This document shows, piece by piece, positions 57,128-64,000 of a stretch of 64,000 nt of DNA. Made by a program: the position numbers and the translations under genes. Each line of letters begins with the position of its first letter. Within the stretch, counting starts at the first letter, position 1. This stretch comes from an uncultured Bacteroidaceae bacterium (lineage in GTDB: Bacteria; Bacteroidota; Bacteroidia; Bacteroidales; GCA-2748055), in the NCBI GenBank assembly GCA_964539395.1, contig CAZIIU010000017.1, positions 2,378 to 66,377 on the forward strand, in the 5' to 3' direction. The notes beneath the pieces were generated by a model. The model did no database searches. It worked only from the letters and a program-made list of their open reading frames with translations, and was not told the origin of the DNA.

Positions 57128-59188
57128 TTATAATTTTACAAACTTAGAAACCATAAAATCTTGCTCGCTACTCACTGTAATTAAATACATACCAGTATCT
57201 AAGTGCGTAAGGTTTAATTGAAAAATTATATCGGTTTTATGAATTTCCCCCAGATACACTATCTTCCCCTCAAGACTGACTACGATAATATTACTGTCCA
57301 AATTAAGAGGTTCAGTTAAATAATAAGTAAAACTTCCATTATTCGGATTGGGAAACAATTGAACAGGATACACTGATTCAGGTGGTATCTCAATATCTCC
57401 TGGAATTGCATAAATTTTTAATAGTTTAGTTGTTGACTTTGCATTTTCGTTATCGGACGCTTCAGCTCTAATGTAATGAATACCTGGCGGAGGTGATTGC
57501 CAAACAACCTCAAATGGATGAGAATAAGCCGTACCTATTATCGTGTCTAAGGAATAGAAAGTAACAGAGGTTACTGAAACATCATCTTGAGCATCCGCAA
57601 TAAAAGTAATATCACCTTTATTTAGACTTTTCTCAGCAGGTGATGTGATCTCTATCGTAGGATATTCATTGCTTTCTCCGGGTACTTTTTTACTTTCAAA
57701 TGCACCTAGATCGGGCTTGTCACCATTATATTCTAATCCCACATCAGTACCGCCATCAATCAGATCACTACCCTCTACTAATTTCAAAACTGTTATATCG
57801 GGAAGAGAACCGTCTGCTTTTCGTGGTGCAGAAAGCTGGCTATAAATAGTCGATGAATCAAGATTTGTAAAATCATCGTCTGTTATCGTAAACGCAGGAT
57901 TATACCTGTTAAACCACGAATCAACAGGGTCTTTCCAATCCCATGATTCAGTTGTAAAATGAACATAATCTTGTCCATATTCATTTTCTGCTATAAATTT
58001 TGTCAGATATGTACTGTAATACACCGATGGTTCAGACCAATCATAAATAAGGTTATTTTCCATTACAACAGAACCACCATCCCTCGGATAATCCCATCCA
58101 GATGCACCTCCAGCTGAAGCTAACACACCCGCATAATTATAATAGATAGTATTATTGTAAAATGTGTTATAAAGGGCACTTCCATTATTTCCGGTTAAAT
58201 TATTCATATCTATACCCCCGCCCATATAATAACCTCCATTACCCGAATAACCTCGATTATAGGTTATAACAGAATTTTTTATCGTTCTTGCGGAAATTGG
58301 ATCACTATTATTAATTAAAGTATCAGTTGTTCCAATCTTTATACCAACTCCATCACCCGCATAAACTAAACCGTATAAAGTTTCACCGTTAAAAAAAGAC
58401 CAACAACTATCCAATATTAATTCTCCCTTATAAGATATGTCAAATCCATCATCTGAACAATTCCATGCCCTACATCCTTGAAAATGATAGTATTGGTGTA
58501 ACTTAGTGCCATACGAAACACCACTGGATATATTAAATCCATCGCTATCCCCTCCGGGATCACTCCCATCAAGGCTATCGCATAGTGTGTGAACATCGCA
58601 ATTAGTAACATATAATGTGTCCATATTAGTGAACCACCATCCTTTTCCACTTATATTATGAAGAGTATTGTTTTCAAACCACATCGTACCATTACCACCA
58701 GCATATACACCATAAACATCAACTTCAGCTGTACTATAATATGTATAATTGTTTCTTATTGTCAGACCTTTAATTTTAATATAATCAGCATTAGTAATAT
58801 TAAGCCCAACTTTCACACCTCCATTTGTTTTAAGACAATTTCTAAGGTCTGCTATTGGGATTTCTCCGGGATAATTAGTATATACAATAGGATTATTGTA
58901 AGTTCCATTATTTCCATATCCACCTTTAGGATTAATTTGCATGATATATGCAGCTTGATCTACATCAGGATACCACACTCCACCACGAAAATATACTGTA
59001 TCTCCAGCCTCTGCAGTATTAAATGCTTTTTGCCAGGTAGCCATTGGAAATTTTATATCAGTTCCTACCCATTTATCACTGGCGATTGAACCATATAGTT
59101 CATTGTATGCCGGATCCTGCACATATAAAATTCTGGAGAAACAGGCAATACTAACTGCCGATAATATGAGAAATGCTAAAGTCTTCAT
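57128..59188 (-). CDS. Secreted right-handed beta-helix protein (pectate-lyase-fold) with an Ig-like domain and a T9SS C-terminal sorting domain
   Basis: A signal peptide (MKTLAFLILSAVSIACFS) is followed by repetitive N/G/Y-rich beta-helix turns and an Ig-like segment (ITFIADAQDDVSVTSVTFYS). The C-terminal LFPNPNNGSFTYYL ... LDTGMYLITVSS ... FVKL is typical of a type-A T9SS CTD. Confidence 0.75.
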   Translation of the reverse strand: MKTLAFLILSAVSIACFSRILYVQDPAYNELYGSIASDKWVGTDIKFPMATWQKAFNTAEAGDTVYFRGGVWYPDVDQAAYIMQINPKGGYGNNGTYNNPIVYTNYPGEIPIADLRNCLKTNGGVKVGLNITNADYIKIKGLTIRNNYTYYSTAEVDVYGVYAGGNGTMWFENNTLHNISGKGWWFTNMDTLYVTNCDVHTLCDSLDGSDPGGDSDGFNISSGVSYGTKLHQYYHFQGCRAWNCSDDGFDISYKGELILDSCWSFFNGETLYGLVYAGDGVGIKIGTTDTLINNSDPISARTIKNSVITYNRGYSGNGGYYMGGGIDMNNLTGNNGSALYNTFYNNTIYYNYAGVLASAGGASGWDYPRDGGSVVMENNLIYDWSEPSVYYSTYLTKFIAENEYGQDYVHFTTESWDWKDPVDSWFNRYNPAFTITDDDFTNLDSSTIYSQLSAPRKADGSLPDITVLKLVEGSDLIDGGTDVGLEYNGDKPDLGAFESKKVPGESNEYPTIEITSPAEKSLNKGDITFIADAQDDVSVTSVTFYSLDTIIGTAYSHPFEVVWQSPPPGIHYIRAEASDNENAKSTTKLLKIYAIPGDIEIPPESVYPVQLFPNPNNGSFTYYLTEPLNLDSNIIVVSLEGKIVYLGEIHKTDIIFQLNLTHLDTGMYLITVSSEQDFMVSKFVKL

Positions 59189-59384
59189 CTTTTACTTTAT
59201 AAATTTTTGCAAAGTAGTAATATTTGAAATATAAAATTGGTTTTTAACAATATCCTTAATTGGAATAATTTTCGATTAAGTCATTATTTTTATGCTATAT
59301 AATAATTTACATTCCTTAATAATTACGATATACTAGTAATAAAGTTTCATCATTACATAATATTTTTAGCATAACAATTAAAAT

Positions 59385-59466
59385 AGCCCGTTAGCACTTC
59401 GGACATAATTATAACGATTTTATTACAGATATTGAACTATAACTATGTCCGAAATACTAAGGGGCT
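59385..59466 (-). repeat. Imperfect 29-nt inverted repeat with a 24-nt loop; candidate minus-strand RNA hairpin
   Basis: The arms are at 59385-59413 and 59438-59466. Of the 4 mismatches on the plus strand, 3 become G-U pairs on the minus-strand RNA, giving 28/29 paired. On the minus strand it is followed by AUUUUAAUUGUU. Confidence 0.5.
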
Positions 59467-59846
59467 GAAACAAAAAAAGCGTTTGAAAATGAAAATATTG
59501 CGTTTATGCTATCTCGCTTTGGTATAAATATTGAATTAATCGATACAGATAAAAAGGCAAAGCGGATCAGCCGTTAAAATTTCCTTTCAACCAATGTGCC
59601 TGCTTAAAATTAACATTTCTTTAACAAGGTTTTGATTAATAGAAATCTTATGGTGGCGAATGAATAATTATTATCGACAAAATACAACAGGTAAAAATTT
59701 CATAAGAACTATCTAAAGCAAGCTAATTTACACCTCCAGCAGACGTTAATCACACCTTTATTTCTACTTGTCAAAATGGATAAACATTGCTAGATCTTAT
59801 GCGTTAAAAGGGGTAAATTAGCGTAATAAACATTTAGACAAGTTAT

Positions 59847-61796
59847 ATGAAGATAGTTTATTCTCAATGGTTATTATTTATTCGTTCTGAAGGTAGAAGA
59901 ATATTCCATCAATATTCAATGCCCCGTTGGATGGTTTTTATCCTTGACAGTGGTGCGATTTTACTTACCTTTTTATTCGCTTATCTGCTACGGTTTAATT
60001 TTGAAATATCTGCTGTTGATTTCGTTTTGGCATTTCATCAGTCTTTGGTGGTGTTGGGAGTTTATTGTCTGTTTGAGATTTTATTCAAATCCTTTTCAGG
60101 TCTGATCAGACACACAACTATTCGCGATGTATTTAATGTACTCTTAGCCACATTTTCATCTGTTGTTGTGTTGACTTCCATTTCAATAATAAGTGTTTTT
60201 TTCGAACAGACAGATCTTCTGAGTATTCCGGTTTCAATCATCATGATACATTTTGTTACGATAAGTGTATTTCTGTTTCTCATAAGGATATCAATCAAAA
60301 TTGTATATGAATTTATATCAGTGACCCCGGAGGAAAAAAAGAATGTATTTATCTTTGGGGCTGGTGTGTTGGGCGTTACTACCAAGGGTGTAATCGAGAG
60401 TGATGCCCATAACGAGTTTAATATTGTTGGATTTCTTGATAGTGACAAGAAGCTTCAGGGCAAAAAGATTAGTGGTATTCCAGTCATGGATCCGATGAAG
60501 CTATCCAAAGATTTTCTGCAGAAGACAGATGTAAATACCATGATTTTTGCGATCAAAAATATAATAGTGTCGGAAAAGACTGAAATCTATAAATTTGCAG
60601 TCGACTTGGGGCTCGAGGTGTTGGAAATTCCCGGAGCACATTCCTGGTTTAACGGAAGGTTTCAATTGGATCAACTAAAGAAGATTGACTTAAATGATCT
60701 ACTTGGACGAGAGCCTATTAAACTGGACCTTGAACTGATTGATGAGGGGCTTAGGGAAAAAACCATTCTTGTTACCGGAGCAGCAGGTTCTATTGGTTCT
60801 GAGATGGTTAGACAATTGGCGCGTTTTGATGTAAAAAAATTAATCTTAGTGGACCAGGCAGAGACGCCGATGTTCAATATGGGAAGGGAGTTAAATAATA
60901 TTTTAAGTCATGTTGAGGTAGTGCTGGTGATTGGTGATGTGACGAATCCTGAAAAGATGGAGTCTATCTTTTATGAGCACCGGCCCGACCTGGTCTTTCA
61001 TGCGGCTGCTTACAAACATGTCCCTCTAATGGAGGAGAATCCACATGAAGCGGTGCGGGTGAATGTGGGGGGTACCATGGTGGTTTCCGCTATGGCCATT
61101 AAGTACAGAGTAAAGAAATTTGTAATGATATCTACCGATAAGGCAGTTAACCCGGCCAATGTGATGGGTGCCAGCAAGCGGTTATGTGAAATGGTGATTG
61201 AATCCAGGTCACGCAATCCAGAAAACCACCTCACACAATTTGTGATCACCCGGTTTGGAAACGTACTTGGTTCCAATGGATCTGTGATCCCAATATTCAA
61301 GAAGCAGATTGAAGAGGGAGGGCCCGTAACAGTTACCCATCCTGATATTACACGATATTTCATGACCATTCCAGAGGCTTGTCAGTTGGTTCTTGAAGCC
61401 GGATTTATGGGTAAAGGCGGAGAGATTTATGTCTTCGATATGGGAAAATCGGTTAAGATCCTTGATCTGGCAAAACAGATGATTCGGCTTTCAGGATTTG
61501 AGCCCGATATTGATATTAATATTGAATTCTCAGGACTACGCCCCGGCGAAAAACTATACGAAGAGTTGTTGGCCGATAAGGAAAATACCCTACCAACCTA
61601 TAATCCAAAAATATATATTGCCCAAGTTGAGACAACCGACTTCATGGTGGCATTGGAGGCTAAGAATCTGCTTGGATTTTTGTATACCTATTCAAAATCC
61701 GAGCTTACAGAAAAGTTAAAAGATCTGGTTCCGGAATACAGGGCATATACCGAAGGGTTTAGTAGTAAACGAAAATTAATCAGGTCAGATATTTAA
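59847..61796 (+). CDS. capD: Membrane-anchored UDP-GlcNAc 4,6-dehydratase (CapD/WbpM/PglF family)
   Basis: 649 aa with 4-5 N-terminal TM segments, LVTGAAGSIGSE, HAAAYKHVP and ISTDKAVNP. Confidence 0.9.
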   Translation: MKIVYSQWLLFIRSEGRRIFHQYSMPRWMVFILDSGAILLTFLFAYLLRFNFEISAVDFVLAFHQSLVVLGVYCLFEILFKSFSGLIRHTTIRDVFNVLLATFSSVVVLTSISIISVFFEQTDLLSIPVSIIMIHFVTISVFLFLIRISIKIVYEFISVTPEEKKNVFIFGAGVLGVTTKGVIESDAHNEFNIVGFLDSDKKLQGKKISGIPVMDPMKLSKDFLQKTDVNTMIFAIKNIIVSEKTEIYKFAVDLGLEVLEIPGAHSWFNGRFQLDQLKKIDLNDLLGREPIKLDLELIDEGLREKTILVTGAAGSIGSEMVRQLARFDVKKLILVDQAETPMFNMGRELNNILSHVEVVLVIGDVTNPEKMESIFYEHRPDLVFHAAAYKHVPLMEENPHEAVRVNVGGTMVVSAMAIKYRVKKFVMISTDKAVNPANVMGASKRLCEMVIESRSRNPENHLTQFVITRFGNVLGSNGSVIPIFKKQIEEGGPVTVTHPDITRYFMTIPEACQLVLEAGFMGKGGEIYVFDMGKSVKILDLAKQMIRLSGFEPDIDINIEFSGLRPGEKLYEELLADKENTLPTYNPKIYIAQVETTDFMVALEAKNLLGFLYTYSKSELTEKLKDLVPEYRAYTEGFSSKRKLIRSDI

Positions 61797-62219
61797 AAGA
61801 GGTTTGCATGTTGGATTTACGAACTCATTTAACCAATATGTTTGTCGGGTTTGTCGTTGATGTAAAAGAAACAGAGGGGTTTGTTTATTCCATTATTAGG
61901 CTTGTAATATTTGATACTGGATAACTAGTTTACTTGCCCTATCAAAAGAAAAAATCCTACATTAATTAGTTGTATTTGTTATGCTGTTTGATTTTGATGT
62001 TTATTTACAATCTCATACGCTTGGTTCTGTTTTTTTTGTGAAGGGAGAGAATAACTTTATTAAGGCTTTGATGTATTATGAGATTAACAGCAATGGGGTT
62101 TGTGTGGTTTTTTTTCGAAATGTGATTTATCTGTGCTAAATCTTTAAGGCATCAGACTAAAACTTAAGATAGATTTTAATTAAAATTCTGTACTTTTATG
62201 GTTACTATAAAAAAAGCTA

Positions 62220-63026
62220 ATGATATTGAGAAATATTGAGAAATTCATAGTACGCAGTGTAATTATTGTCCTAACAGGATTAATCATCGGCACTTCTTGT
62301 GCTCCAACAAAAAGATCGGCCTATTTTCGGATTAATAAAGAGGTGAAAGAATATGACCAGCCTGATCAAACGTATATAAGTATGAAAGACAGTTTGTATG
62401 TAATCAAACCGGGCGATGAGTTATATATTACCATTACAACTGCTGATAATGAACCTAATAGCTTTTCAACTGGCACTCAAGGTATGGGAATTATGACATT
62501 AAGTAGTGAATTTATTAGTTATCTTGTGGACAGAGATGGTTTTGTCAGGCTTCCTTACACCGGAAAAATAAAGCTGTCCGAGCTCACAATTGATGAGGCC
62601 ACTATTATTATTGAAACTGAATTGTCACAATATCTTTACCAACCGGTTGCTTCTATAAGACTTGTAAATACACGTATCACTATTCTTGGAGAGGTGTTGG
62701 CACCTGGTGTATATATTGTCAACAATAAACCAATCAATATCTACCAGGCAATAGGGTATGCCGGAGATATTACCACTTTTGGAAACCGTAAAAGTGTTTT
62801 GATCGTAAGGGAGGAGAACAATATTGTAACAAAAAAGTATGTGGACCTTACCAATGATGCTATTTTAGGGTCGCAATGGTATACGCTCCGGCCCAATGAT
62901 ATTGTTTATGTGGAGCCGTTGACACGCAGAATATTTGGTGTTGAGACAGTACCCTGGGGATTGATTACCTCTGCTATATCTACTACACTTGTAATAATGA
63001 CATTTATGATAAACCTTTTAAATTAG
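62220..63026 (+). CDS. wza: Polysaccharide export outer-membrane protein (Wza-like, Poly_export + SLBB)
   Basis: 268 aa with a lipoprotein-like N-terminus (LIIGTSC), IKPGDELYITI, GFVRLPYTGKIKLSELTIDEA and ITILGEVLAPGVY. Confidence 0.85.
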   Translation: MILRNIEKFIVRSVIIVLTGLIIGTSCAPTKRSAYFRINKEVKEYDQPDQTYISMKDSLYVIKPGDELYITITTADNEPNSFSTGTQGMGIMTLSSEFISYLVDRDGFVRLPYTGKIKLSELTIDEATIIIETELSQYLYQPVASIRLVNTRITILGEVLAPGVYIVNNKPINIYQAIGYAGDITTFGNRKSVLIVREENNIVTKKYVDLTNDAILGSQWYTLRPNDIVYVEPLTRRIFGVETVPWGLITSAISTTLVIMTFMINLLN

Positions 63027-63039
63027 ATTTTACTGTTCT

Positions 63040-64000
63040 ATGGAAAACAGGAAAAGCAGTCAGATTATCGATGTAAAGTACCTGGTTCAGGTGATTCTTA
63101 AGCATTGGTTACTTATCCTATTTTCAATTATCGTCTGCTTGGTTGTTTCACTAGCCTATCTGAAAGTTTCATCGAAAACATTTTTGGCAGGTGTTACGAT
63201 TCTCCTGGATGTTGAGGAACGAAGGTCTACCAGTGGCAGGTCTGGTGAATATTTTGATGTTAATGAGATGATGTTTCAGAATAAATCTTTGCGTAATGAA
63301 TTAGCATATCTGCAATCCACCCCTTTGGTCAGGGAGGTGGTGGAGGATATGAACCTGACTGTTTCCTATTATATGCAGGAGGGTAGGGTGCCAATTCCTA
63401 AGGAACTGGTATTTACCCTGACTGATATTTATAAGCAATCTCCATTTATTGTCATCATTGACGAATCCCATCCCCAACCAATTAATGCTCTGATTGGATT
63501 TAGTATCATTGATGATGAAACATTTGGTATTGGTGCCAGCGAAGAGCCTGCTACTTTATATGACTTCAGTAGCAAAAAAGCAATAGGTACCGGCGTTCTT
63601 CTGAATTTTAATAGTATTCACAGGTTTGGAGAACCAATAATAGGAGAACATTACTCTTTTACTCTTTTACTTAACTCTAATTACAATCCGGAAGCATACC
63701 AGGGCATGCAGCTGTTTTTTTCACTGACTAGTCCTGAACAGTTGGTAGAAAGGTTTCGAAATGCATTATCCATCCAGGTAAATGAACGAGAGTCCAATAT
63801 TGTTGATCTTTCACTTCAATGGGGGAATTCAACTGTAGCAATGGATTTTCTCAATAACCTAGTTGAAAAATATATTGAAAACGATATTGAATCGAAGAAT
63901 AGGCTGGCAAACAACACCATAGAGTTCATTGATCAGCAACTCTCTAGTATGTCAAGCTCTTTAGGAAGATCAGAACAGCAGCTTCAGAATTTCAGAAGCA
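63040..64000 (+). CDS. wzc: Chain-length determinant / tyrosine autokinase (Wzc/GumC-like), 5' part; continues beyond the window
   Basis: The frame is open from ATG 63040 to the window end (it is not in the ORF track because it has no stop). It has an N-terminal TM (HWLLILFSIIVCLVVSLAYL) and Wzz-domain features (LRNELAYLQSTPLVREVVEDMNL; LANNTIEFIDQQLSSMSSSLGRSEQQLQNFRS). Confidence 0.8.
   Translation, partial: MENRKSSQIIDVKYLVQVILKHWLLILFSIIVCLVVSLAYLKVSSKTFLAGVTILLDVEERRSTSGRSGEYFDVNEMMFQNKSLRNELAYLQSTPLVREVVEDMNLTVSYYMQEGRVPIPKELVFTLTDIYKQSPFIVIIDESHPQPINALIGFSIIDDETFGIGASEEPATLYDFSSKKAIGTGVLLNFNSIHRFGEPIIGEHYSFTLLLNSNYNPEAYQGMQLFFSLTSPEQLVERFRNALSIQVNERESNIVDLSLQWGNSTVAMDFLNNLVEKYIENDIESKNRLANNTIEFIDQQLSSMSSSLGRSEQQLQNFRS

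Noticed and set aside
1-64000. I looked for CRISPR arrays, tRNA/rRNA genes, IS elements, integrases, toxin-antitoxin modules and known defence-system hallmarks.
   Set aside because: I found no direct-repeat/spacer arrays, no cloverleaf-like or rRNA-like conserved stretches, no DDE/tyrosine-recombinase-like ORFs and no nuclease/ATPase defence-type ORFs. Every ORF above about 200 aa is assignable to glycan biosynthesis or export, or to nadE/asnB.

Overview
The window is almost entirely one very large (>60 kb) AT-rich surface-glycan (capsule / O-antigen / EPS) biosynthesis super-locus. It is probably of Bacteroidota type: it has a T9SS C-terminal sorting domain cargo, a wbpM-wza-wzc module, TAnnTTTG-like -7 boxes and no Shine-Dalgarno-driven spacing. 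At the left edge (1..1434) sit two strikingly GC-rich housekeeping-type genes, an AsnB-like 3' end and nadE, and composition drops abruptly after about 1.45 kb. Content from left to right: (i) A minus-strand operon (13485 to 2555) carries CMP-nonulosonate activation genes plus an unusual tailoring set: ANL ligase, HemK-type methyltransferase, LarA-like DUF2088 protein, SDR, Gfo/Idh/MocA, M28-like protein and CE4 deacetylase. (ii) A divergent plus-strand legionaminic-acid-type core (NeuD-like, dehydratase, aminotransferase, NeuB, NeuC) ends in a recombination scar: a truncated cytidylyltransferase fused to a truncated fdtA, and an internally deleted fdtB. (iii) A Wzm/Wzt ABC exporter lies next to a Capsule_synth-like transferase. 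(iv) A minus-strand wzx-GT2-GT11-Fe-ADH unit follows. (v) A roughly 26 kb plus-strand block holds an intact fdtA-fdtA-fdtC-fdtB set, an exosortase-like membrane protein, many GT2/GT4 genes, an O-acyltransferase, Wzy, a CE4-like/DUF362/ATP-grasp/FrhB-like/pyruvyltransferase module, an FkbH-ACP-GNAT-deacetylase module, and two ATP-grasp genes around a small PglC-type initiating transferase. (vi) A T9SS-secreted beta-helix protein is followed by wbpM/capD, wza and the 5' part of wzc. I saw no rRNA, tRNA, CRISPR array, transposase or integrase. All functional calls come from motif recognition by eye and memory of protein families; no searches were run.
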